Of a DNA stretch of 64,000 bases, positions 54,495-61,974 are shown piece after piece. The DNA comes from an uncultured Actinomycetes bacterium (lineage in GTDB: Bacteria > Actinomycetota > Thermoleophilia > Gaiellales > Gaiellaceae). Location: NCBI GenBank assembly GCA_963746965.1, contig CAVVDH010000001.1:195269-259268 (forward strand). The letters run 5' to 3'. The translations under genes were made by a program, and so were the position numbers. The first letter of the stretch is position 1. Every line of letters starts with the position of its first letter. The notes beneath the pieces were generated by a model that did not search any database, was not told the origin of the DNA, and was given only the letters and a program-made list of their open reading frames with translations.

Positions 54495-55461
54495 ATGACG
54501 GAACTCATCGAAGACACCCAGCTGATCCGCGACGAGGAGGCGGCGGAGCGGCTCCGCGAGCTCCTGTCGCGCGCCCGGGTCGAGGTCGCGAAGGCGGTCG
54601 TCGGCCAGGACCAGGCGGTCGACCTGATGCTGATCGCCGCACTCGCGCGCGGGCACGTGCTCCTCGAGGGCGCTCCCGGCACGGCGAAGACGCTGCTCGC
54701 GCAGGCGATGGCCCGCGTGCTCGGCGCGAACTTCCAGCGCGTCCAGTTCACCCCGGACACGACCCCGAACGAGCTGATCGGGACGATGGAGACGCGCGGC
54801 GGCGAGCTCGTGCTGGACCGCGGCGCGATCTTCACCAACGTCCTGCTCGCCGACGAGATCAACCGCACGCCGCCGCGCGTCCAGGCCGGCCTGCTCGAGG
54901 CGATGCAGGAGCGCCACGTCACGCTGCGCGGCCGCACGTACTTCATCGACCCGCCGTTCTTCGTCATGGCGACCCAGAACCCGTACGAGCACGAGGGCGT
55001 CTTTCCGATCACCGAGTCGCAGCTCGACCGCTTCCTGATCAAGGTCGACCTCGTCTACGGCGACGAGGACGCGGAGGTGCGTACGCTCGACCTGCCGCAT
55101 CGTGGAGTCATTCCGGACATGCTCGGCGAGATCTCCCCCCTGCTCGGCGAGCGCGCCTTCCTCGTCGCGCAGGAGCTCGTCGACGAGGTGGACGGCGAGC
55201 GAGGAGATCTGCCGCCTCTGCGTCCGCATCGTGCGGGAGACGCGGGCGGCGGACCAGGTCGAGCTCGGGGCGAGCCCGCGCGCAGCGCGGCACCTGATGA
55301 CGGCCGCGAAGGCGCGGGCGGCGGCCCAGGGCCGGCCGAGCGCCGAGGCCGAGGACGTGACCTTCCTCGCGCCGTACGTGCTCAGCCACCGGGTGAGCGC
55401 CGAGAACATGACCCCGCGCGAGCTCGTCGACTCGGCGGTGGAGCGGGCGGTCGCGCGCTAG
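54495..55461 (+). pseudogene. moxR: MoxR-like AAA+ ATPase, one frame disruption
   Basis: VVGQDQAVDLMLIAALARGHVLLEGAPGTAKTLLAQAMA, Walker B VLLADEINRTPPRVQAGLLEAMQE, FFVMATQNPYEHEGVFPITESQLDRF. The frame changes near 55195 to EEICRLCVRIVRETR...GASPRAARHLMTAAKARAAAQGR...VLSHRV, stop at 55461. Length = 3n+1. Confidence 0.8.
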
Positions 55462-55576
55462 GAGGAAGTACCCCCCGCTCAGTCGGTTCGGACCCGCCGG
55501 AAGGACTAAACTCTCGGCGAGAACTGGACGATACTTCGGCAGGAACCCGTAAGCCAATCGAGAAAATCGGAGCCTC

Positions 55577-55660
55577 ATGTTCTACGCAATCCTCGCAATC
55601 ATCTTCGTCGTCCTGCTCTTCGCCTACGTCCGCGTTCGCGGCCGGCGAGTGAGCCGCTAG
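55577..55660 (+). CDS. Possible 27-aa hydrophobic peptide
   Basis: ATG preceded by aaatcGGAGcctc. MFYAILAIIFVVLLFAYVRVRGRRVSR is a single TM helix with a basic tail. Followed by a hairpin at 55691-55710. Too short for the ORF track. Confidence 0.3.
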   Translation: MFYAILAIIFVVLLFAYVRVRGRRVSR

Positions 55661-55690
55661 CACTCTCGCGCAGACGGCGACGGCAGTGCT

Positions 55691-55710
55691 GCGGCCACTC
55701 CGGTGGCCGC
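55691..55710 (+). terminator. Hairpin after the 27-aa ORF
   Basis: GCGGCCAC-tccg-GTGGCCGC, an 8-bp stem. No U-tract. Confidence 0.3.
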
Positions 55711-55777
55711 CGGCCCGATGGGGTAGATTCGGCTGCAGCACGGCCTCACCGCCACGGCAAGGGGAGGGGATAAGAGC

Positions 55778-56044
55778 GTGTCGGTCCACGTCACGATCGA
55801 GGCCGCCTCGAAGGCCGAGGCGGAACTGATTGCGCAGCAGCTGCCCGTCGAGGGACGGGTCCAGTCGTGGCGTGGCTTCGGCGTCATCCGTCTCGGCCGG
55901 CGGAGCGCGACGGAGACGAAGGTCGTCATCGACGCCGTCTCGCGGAGCTTCCGGCAGCACGAGCTCCAGTGGGCTCGCGTGCGGTACGACGACGAGGAGC
56001 GGGTCTTCAGGGCGAACGGCCGGAACGGCCGGCGCAGCGGCTGA
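55778..56044 (+). CDS. Hypothetical protein (88 aa)
   Basis: GTG start. MSVHVTIEAASKAEAELIAQQLPVEGRVQSWRGFGVIRLGRR... has non-shadow-like composition. The stop abuts the ftsH stop (TGATCA). No family recognised. Confidence 0.45.
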   Translation: MSVHVTIEAASKAEAELIAQQLPVEGRVQSWRGFGVIRLGRRSATETKVVIDAVSRSFRQHELQWARVRYDDEERVFRANGRNGRRSG

Positions 56045-57913
56045 TCAGTCGACCGGTAGCGCTTCCGGCTCGGCCAGGCCGGCGATGCGGTAGGCGTCGA
56101 TCTGGTCGAGGGTCTCGTGCTCCAGCAGCGCCTCGGCCAGCGTGTCGAGCCGCGTGCGCTCGGCCTTCAGCAGGCCGACGACGCTCTCGTACGCGGTCTC
56201 GATCGTCCCTCGCACCTCGTCGTCGACGAGATCGAGCATTCGCGGTGACGTCGGCTCTCCCCAGGGGTTGAAGCCCTCCCGCGGCAGCACGGCGACGAGC
56301 CCGACCGCGCTGCTCATCCCCCACCGCCCGACCATCTGTCGCACGAGGGCGGTCACCTGGGCGATGTCCGCCTCCGCTCCCGTCGTCTGGTCGCCGAAGA
56401 CGAGCTCCTCGGCCGCCCGGCCGCCGAGCGCCACCCTCACGACCGCCTCGAGCTCGGCGCGCGTGTAGTTGAACCGGTCGACGTCGGGCGAGGAGAGCGT
56501 GACCCCGAGCGCCTGGCCGCGAGGGACGATCGAGATCTTGCGGACCGGGTCGGCCCCGGTGGTGAGCATCCCGACGAGCGCGTGACCCGCCTCGTGATAG
56601 GCGGTGCGGCGGCGGTCGGCCGGCGAGAGCATGATCTTGCGCTCGGCCCCGAGGATGATCTTCTCGAGCGACTGCGCGAAGTCGGAGGCGGTGACCTCGG
56701 TCCGGCCCAGCCGCGCGGCCAGGAGCGCCGACTCGTTGACGAGGTTCGCAAGGTCGGCGCCCACCATGCCGGGCGTCGTCGCGGCGATCCGCTCGAGATC
56801 GACGTCGGCCGCCAGCGGCATCTCGCGCGCGTGCACCTCGAGGATGAGGCGCCTCCCCTCCCGGTCGGGAGGCTGGACGGCCACGCGGCGGTCGAAGCGA
56901 CCGGGGCGCAGCAGCGCCTGGTCGAGCACGTCGATCCGATTCGTCGCCCCGACGACGATCACGTTCGTCGACGAGTCGAACCCGTCCATCTCGGTGAGGA
57001 TCTGGTTCAGGGTCTGCTCGCGCTCGTCACTGCCGCCGAAGCCGCCTCCGGCGCTGCTGCGGGCGCGGCCGACCGCGTCGAGCTCGTCGATGAAGACGAT
57101 CGCGGGCGACTCCCGCTTCGCCTGGCGGAACAGGTCGCGCACCCGCGAGGCGCCGACGCCGACGATCGCCTCGACGAACTCGGACGCCGACATCGAGAAG
57201 AAGGGCGCACCCGCCTCGCCCGCGACGGCGCGCGCGAGCAGCGTCTTGCCGGTGCCGGGCGGGCCGCTGAGCAGGACTCCCTTCGGGATGCGGCCGCCGA
57301 GCCTGCGGTACTTCTCCGGGTCGCGCAGGAAGTCGACGATCTCGGTCAGCTCCTGCTTCGCCTCGTCGATGCCCGCGACGTCGCCGAAGGTCACCGTCTC
57401 GCGGCCCGGCTGATAGCGGTGCGCGCGGGCGCGGCCGAGCGCGCCCGCCGTCCGCGAGCCGCTCATCCTCCGGAAGAGGAAGAAGAGGAGCAGCAGGAGG
57501 ACGATCGTCGGGCCGAAGCCCAGCAGGAGGCTCTCCCACACCGGCGGGCCGTGGTCGGGCGGCTTGGCGTTCACGACGACTCCGTGCTGCTGGAGGAGCT
57601 GCGAGAGCTGGTTCGTGTCGGCGAAGGACGGGATCTCCGTGACGAAGAGGACGGCCGCCGTCGGGTTGCCGGCGGCCTTCATCGCGTGCGTGAACTTGCC
57701 CTGGATCTCGCCGCCGGTCGTCGTGATCGAGAGGACGTTGTCGGCGCGGATCTGCTTGAGGAAGAACGGGCTGTAGGGCACGCGATTCCTGGTGACCCGA
57801 GTCGCACGGTGCGCAGCCCAGAAATTGACGCCGAGCAGGACGACGAACAGCACGGCGTAGACCGCGATGCGCATCGGGCGGCTCGGGAGCCGTGGGAGTC
57901 GTCTCTCGTTCAC
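56045..57913 (-). CDS. ftsH: ATP-dependent zinc metalloprotease FtsH
   Basis: Two TM helices; Walker [24 protein letters not shown]; Walker [10 protein letters not shown]; SRH; zinc site HEAGHALVG. Start is GTG 57913 or ATG 57874. Confidence 0.95.
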   Translation of the reverse strand: MNERRLPRLPSRPMRIAVYAVLFVVLLGVNFWAAHRATRVTRNRVPYSPFFLKQIRADNVLSITTTGGEIQGKFTHAMKAAGNPTAAVLFVTEIPSFADTNQLSQLLQQHGVVVNAKPPDHGPPVWESLLLGFGPTIVLLLLLFFLFRRMSGSRTAGALGRARAHRYQPGRETVTFGDVAGIDEAKQELTEIVDFLRDPEKYRRLGGRIPKGVLLSGPPGTGKTLLARAVAGEAGAPFFSMSASEFVEAIVGVGASRVRDLFRQAKRESPAIVFIDELDAVGRARSSAGGGFGGSDEREQTLNQILTEMDGFDSSTNVIVVGATNRIDVLDQALLRPGRFDRRVAVQPPDREGRRLILEVHAREMPLAADVDLERIAATTPGMVGADLANLVNESALLAARLGRTEVTASDFAQSLEKIILGAERKIMLSPADRRRTAYHEAGHALVGMLTTGADPVRKISIVPRGQALGVTLSSPDVDRFNYTRAELEAVVRVALGGRAAEELVFGDQTTGAEADIAQVTALVRQMVGRWGMSSAVGLVAVLPREGFNPWGEPTSPRMLDLVDDEVRGTIETAYESVVGLLKAERTRLDTLAEALLEHETLDQIDAYRIAGLAEPEALPVD

Positions 57914-58082
57914 GGGCTCAGGATGCCATTCGCGCCGTCGCAGCGCGGACTTCTGCAAGCGGGTGCGCCGGCGTCCCCCCTGCAGCCGTCGAACTTGAGG
58001 GTTCCGACGGCGCACCGGTGCCGGTCTTCGACCACGGGGCCGTTCCCCCTCCCCCTCGTGGCTCCCCGCCGTCTCGGTGGGT

Positions 58083-58211
58083 CTAGAGATAGCGGATGGC
58101 CAGGAAGACGAGCGCAGCGCCCCAGGCCACCTGCACGAGGGCGACCGCGGTCACGAGGAACGCGACCTGCAGGCGCTCCTTGGCTGATTGGTCGACCGAT
58201 TTGACCGCCAC
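58083..58211 (-). CDS. Possible 42-aa membrane protein
   Basis: GTG preceded by AAGGGGGA at 4-5 nt. VAVKSVDQSAKERLQVAFLVTAVALVQVAWGAALVFLAIRYL contains one TM helix. Below the ORF-track size cut-off. Confidence 0.35.
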   Translation of the reverse strand: MAVKSVDQSAKERLQVAFLVTAVALVQVAWGAALVFLAIRYL

Positions 58212-58370
58212 TTGTTCCCCCTTCCACCGCCGGCGGAGCGTGCGAATACGAAGCTCCACCTCACCTCACATCGTCTGCAGGAGCGCCGCCGCTCGCACTA
58301 GCCGATCGGACGGACCTTCCGTGTCGGTCGGTGGGCGCTCGCTGGTCTTTCGCGGCAGCGGCGCCCGACG

Positions 58371-58376
58371 TAGAAT
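58371..58376 (+). promoter_or_regulatory. -10 hexamer TAGAAT, 6 nt upstream of GTG 58383
   Basis: cgacgTAGAATcagcccGTG. No SD. Confidence 0.45.
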
Positions 58377-58382
58377 CAGCCC

Positions 58383-58927
58383 GTGCAACGGAAGGTCCGG
58401 ATCCCGAAGACGAACGGCAACGGATCGGGCCCCGAACCGGACCCGGGGCTGTCGGACACCCGCCTCGCGCTCGTGCACCGCTACATGGTCGACGCGAAAG
58501 AGGCGGAAGCGAAAGCGCAGCCGGCAGAGACCACGAGGACGCCGCCCGCGCCGCGTCCGGCGCCACGCTCCGCACCACGTCCCCTGGAGACGCGACCGCA
58601 GCCCGAGACGCGCCGCAGCCCGAGGCGCGCCCGCAGCCCGAGGCGCGCCCGCAGCCCGAGGTGGCACCACCGCCCCGCCGGATCGATCAGCCGCCGGTCA
58701 GGGCGTTCCCCGCGCGCCTCGAGATCGAAGACGAGACCGAGCGGCTCTCGAGACTCACCCCCAGGGGAGAGGTCCACGTCCGGCCGGACGACGCAAAGGC
58801 GATGAGACGGGCGGCGAAGCACGCGGCTCGCCTGTTCGCCGCGCTGGAGAAGAAGGAAGCCCGCGAGCGCAAGGCGCTCGCAAAGGCGGCGGCCAAGCGA
58901 GAGGCCGCACGCAGGACATTGGCGTAG
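58383..58927 (+). pseudogene. Pro-rich repeat protein (PQPE[AT]R repeats, charged C-terminal helix), frame broken inside the repeat
   Basis: One frame reads VQRKVRIPKTNGNGSGPEPDPGLSDTRLALVHRYMVDAKEAEAKAQPAETT...RPQPETR. Another reads PQPEARPQPEARPQPEVAPPPRRIDQPPVRAFPARLEIEDETERLSRL...KKEARERKALAKAAAKREAARRTLA. Length = 3n+2. Confidence 0.5.
58596..58665 (+). repeat. 18-nt tandem repeat (about 4 units) encoding PQPEAR
   Basis: ccgcagcccgagacgcg (17 nt), then ccgcagcccgaggcgcgc twice, then ccgcagcccgaggtggca. The first unit is one nt short, which is where the frame breaks. Confidence 0.8.
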
Positions 58928-59047
58928 ATCGAGCGGCGCAGCGACCCGCCGAGGTGCGGTGGCGCATCGACCGCCTCCACGCCTCGCCGGGCCGGGATCC
59001 CCCTTCCCGGGGCCCGCCGGATCTATCGGCAGGGCCCGATCCCGGCT

Positions 59048-59323
59048 TTAGGAGAGCCGCCGCTCAGCGGCCGTTGCGCCGAAGCAGCGCCGATCGCAGT
59101 CGGGGCAGAAGGCGTGGAGCTCGTCGTCGCCGCAGAGCCGCATCGTCCAGCCGGCGGCGTCCTCGGAGGAGCCGGTGAGCCCGCATTCGTGGCAGCGGAG
59201 GCGGCCGCGCGCGGGCGCGTCGAGGTCGACGAGCACCTGGTGGAGATGCTCTCTCAGCTTCGCCAGCTTCCCGGCCAGCTCCGCGAGCGTCACCTCGGTC
59301 GAGGCGCCACTTCCGCCCAACAT
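59048..59323 (-). CDS. Small zinc-ribbon-like protein (91 aa)
   Basis: ATG 59323. ..EVTLAELAGKLAKLREHLHQVLVDLDAPARGRLRCHECGLTGSSEDAAGWTMRLCGDDELHAFCPDCDRRCF, with CxxC ... CxxC pairs. Confidence 0.5.
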   Translation of the reverse strand: MLGGSGASTEVTLAELAGKLAKLREHLHQVLVDLDAPARGRLRCHECGLTGSSEDAAGWTMRLCGDDELHAFCPDCDRRCFGATAAERRLS

Positions 59324-59370
59324 GTCACCCACCGCGCTCACGCCTCCGTCTTCCCTGGTACCCGACCCGG

Positions 59371-60543
59371 TCAGTGACGAACGTACCCGACTCCGTAGCG
59401 GGTCGTCGTCGCGACGGGCTTGCCCCGGCGCCAGTCGACTTCGAGGAAGTCGGCCGTCGCCCCAAGCGGCGCGAGGTAGTCCACGATCCGGTGCTTCCGC
59501 GTGTCGATGACGTCGCCGGAACGCCCCACGTAGACGTAGCGCCCGTTGCGGCTGTGCTGCAGCCAGCCGTCGTTCGGCGGCGCATGGACGAGCTTGATGT
59601 TCGCGACCAGCCGCGGCCGGGACTTCGGCAGCCCCCTGACGTCGAAGACGTGCACGTACCCGTTCGGCGTGTCGATCAGGTAGAGCTCGTGCTCGTTCGG
59701 CGAGAGGGAGATGCCGTGGTCGGGCGTGCGACCGAAGGTGGCCGGGTCGAACGAGAAGCCGCGCACGGGGACGCTGTACAGCACCTTGCCGGTGACCAGG
59801 CTGCTGACCTGGAAGCCGAGAAAGCTCCTCGCGGTCGTGAAGGCGAGCGTCTGCGAGCCGTTGATCGTGAACGGGCGCACGCCCGGCTCGTTGAGGGGAC
59901 CGACCTGGCGCACCACCTTCTTCGTCCTGGTGCTCGCCACCTCGAGATACGGGTGGTCGACCCCTCCGAGGTACAGGTAGCGCCCGTCCGGTCCCATGAT
60001 CGTGTTGTGGGCGCCCGCGGGCCCGGCGATCGAGCGTCCGGTCGGGCGGCCGTTCGACGCCGCGATGATCCGCCACGAGCCGTCGCCGCTCTGCTCCCCG
60101 GCGGGCATGTAGATCCAGCGCCCGTTCCGGCTGATGGCCATGCTGTCGATCCCGAACGGGTACGTCCGGTGCCAGAGCACGCGGCCCCGCCGCAGGTCGT
60201 ACGCGAGCAGCGAGCCGCCCGGCGGCTTCTGCTCGCCGTAGGAGATGTAGAGCCGCCCGGTGCGAGTCGAGACGACGGCCCCGTGGGTCGACGCGTCGAT
60301 CTGAGGAAGGTCGACCGTCTGCACCAGGCGGTTCCCGCGGTCGATCGAGTACACGTAGAGCGCGGTACCCGAGACGACGTATTCGAAGTGTTTCTCGGTC
60401 GCGGAGTGCGCGGTGATCGTCGCGGGGGAGCGACCCGAGCTGCGCGTCGAGGTCTGCGAGTGGGAGCGGGCGACGACCAGCGCCAACGCGCCGACGACGG
60501 CGACGGCAGCTGCAACTGCGACTCGACCCCAGGTACCTCGCAT
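59371..60543 (-). CDS. Secreted/anchored beta-propeller repeat protein (YVTN/lactonase-like)
   Basis: 390 aa. N-terminal hydrophobic anchor VAVAAAVAVVGALALVV. Repeated motifs: ..LYVYSID.., GRLYISYG, GRWIYMPAG, GRYLYLGG, HELYLID, GRYVYVGR. Confidence 0.75.
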   Translation of the reverse strand: MRGTWGRVAVAAAVAVVGALALVVARSHSQTSTRSSGRSPATITAHSATEKHFEYVVSGTALYVYSIDRGNRLVQTVDLPQIDASTHGAVVSTRTGRLYISYGEQKPPGGSLLAYDLRRGRVLWHRTYPFGIDSMAISRNGRWIYMPAGEQSGDGSWRIIAASNGRPTGRSIAGPAGAHNTIMGPDGRYLYLGGVDHPYLEVASTRTKKVVRQVGPLNEPGVRPFTINGSQTLAFTTARSFLGFQVSSLVTGKVLYSVPVRGFSFDPATFGRTPDHGISLSPNEHELYLIDTPNGYVHVFDVRGLPKSRPRLVANIKLVHAPPNDGWLQHSRNGRYVYVGRSGDVIDTRKHRIVDYLAPLGATADFLEVDWRRGKPVATTTRYGVGYVRH

Positions 60544-60647
60544 CGTCCATCAATAGCAGCCGGGCGTGAGAGCCCTGTGAAGCGCGCTCCGGGCGGTCTA
60601 TCGGGTGGCGATTCAAGGTCCGGCGACCTCCGTCCGACAGTAGTGAG

Positions 60648-61943
60648 ATGCGCAAACAGCTTGCAATCGTCATCCTTTTCATGCTGGCCTTTGCCGGCGC
60701 TGGCTCGTCCGCCCTCGTCAATCGTTCGTTTGCCGGCTCGAAGCCGCTCAGCCCCATCCAGCGAGAGAAACGCCTCGGCCCGAAGCCGACGCCGCGCTGG
60801 TACTGGCACTGGCAGCGGTGGCGCATCACGAATCCGGCGCAGCGCCTCCGCCCCGCGAAGGCGCCGCATCGCATCCCGAAATGGTCCTGGCGGCGGCTGC
60901 ACTTCTTCATGCTCGCCCGCAAGCTCGCCGCCGAGCACAAGCGCAAGCCTCCGACCCACAAGACGACCACGACCACCACGGCCGGCAGCACGGCGTCGGC
61001 CGCGGGCTATGCCGGGGCGATCTCGTACACGCAGTTGCGGCCGGCGTTCACGCCCGCTCGCACCATCGGGGTGAGCAACGCCTCCCAGCTGCTGGCGGCG
61101 ATCGCCGACCTGCGTGCGGGTGACCTCGTCAAGGCCACTGCACCGTTCACCGTCAGCGGCGAGACCGTGATCAAGAACCGGCTCTCCAGCCCCGCCGAGC
61201 TCGACCTCAACGGCGTCACGTTCGTCTATGACGGCGGCGCCAACAACCCGGCCGTCTGGCTCAACAACGCCCAACACCTCTACATCTACGGCGGAGACCT
61301 CAGCACGGCAGACACCGGTGGCAGCTGTCTCCTCAGCTACGGCGGCCAGTACGTGACCTGGTGGGGCTTCACCGCCCACGACTGCGGCGGCAACGGCTTC
61401 TCCGGCTTCACGGTCACCGGAGCGGCCCAACACGACGACTTCCAGGGAGAGATCTGGAAGGTCGGCCAGAACCTCGCCTGGGACCCCCACGCCGAAAAGG
61501 GATCCGGGCTCCATTGCGCCAACCTCGACGACAGCGGCGTCTACCCCTTCCAGGACAACCGCTTCGCCTTCTACTGCCACGACATCCCGGTCGGAGCCGC
61601 GATCGAATACGGCGACTCCAACCCGAGCTACCCGCCCGTCCGCAACACCATCTACCTCAAGGCCGTCAACCTCACCTTCACCTCAAAGATCCAGACAGGC
61701 GGCAACGGCATCCAGTTCTGGGGGGTCGACGGCCAATCCGCCGACATCAGGTACCTCGAGGTCGCCAACGCCCAGGGCTACAGCCTCTTCGCCGGCGGCA
61801 TGAATTCCGGGACGACCCTCTCCGGCGTGACCGTCGAGCGCGGCACTGCCACGAACACGAACCTGAACCCCCGCTACGCCAGCCAGAACCCGTGGGACAC
61901 CGCCCACGGCGTGATCTACAAGGCGGTTCAGCCCGCCCAGTGA
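60648..61943 (+). CDS. Secreted right-handed beta-helix (pectate-lyase-fold-like) protein
   Basis: 431 aa. Signal peptide MRKQLAIVILFMLAFAGAGSSA; basic Trp-rich segment; Thr-rich linker; then Gly/Asn-rich repetitive turns (VYDGGANNPAVWLNNAQHLYIYGGDL.., GGNGFSGFTV.., GGNGIQFWGV..). Confidence 0.65.
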   Translation: MRKQLAIVILFMLAFAGAGSSALVNRSFAGSKPLSPIQREKRLGPKPTPRWYWHWQRWRITNPAQRLRPAKAPHRIPKWSWRRLHFFMLARKLAAEHKRKPPTHKTTTTTTAGSTASAAGYAGAISYTQLRPAFTPARTIGVSNASQLLAAIADLRAGDLVKATAPFTVSGETVIKNRLSSPAELDLNGVTFVYDGGANNPAVWLNNAQHLYIYGGDLSTADTGGSCLLSYGGQYVTWWGFTAHDCGGNGFSGFTVTGAAQHDDFQGEIWKVGQNLAWDPHAEKGSGLHCANLDDSGVYPFQDNRFAFYCHDIPVGAAIEYGDSNPSYPPVRNTIYLKAVNLTFTSKIQTGGNGIQFWGVDGQSADIRYLEVANAQGYSLFAGGMNSGTTLSGVTVERGTATNTNLNPRYASQNPWDTAHGVIYKAVQPAQ

Positions 61944-61974
61944 TTCGAGCTCACCGGTGCGGAGGCTCGGTTGG

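Noticed and set aside
55462-55576. 114-nt region after moxR (lower GC, ...ggaaggactaaactctcggcgagaactggacgatacttcggcaggaacccgtaagcc...) as a riboswitch or sRNA
   Set aside because: I cannot match it to any riboswitch consensus that I know, and I see no strong conserved-looking structure by eye. A covariance-model scan (Rfam) would be needed.
7288-58927. The frame switches as programmed ribosomal frameshifting
   Set aside because: There is no shared slippery heptamer or downstream pseudoknot at the sites. The shifts occur in both directions and in unrelated gene families. At least one lies in a G-run and one in a tandem repeat, which is typical of indels.
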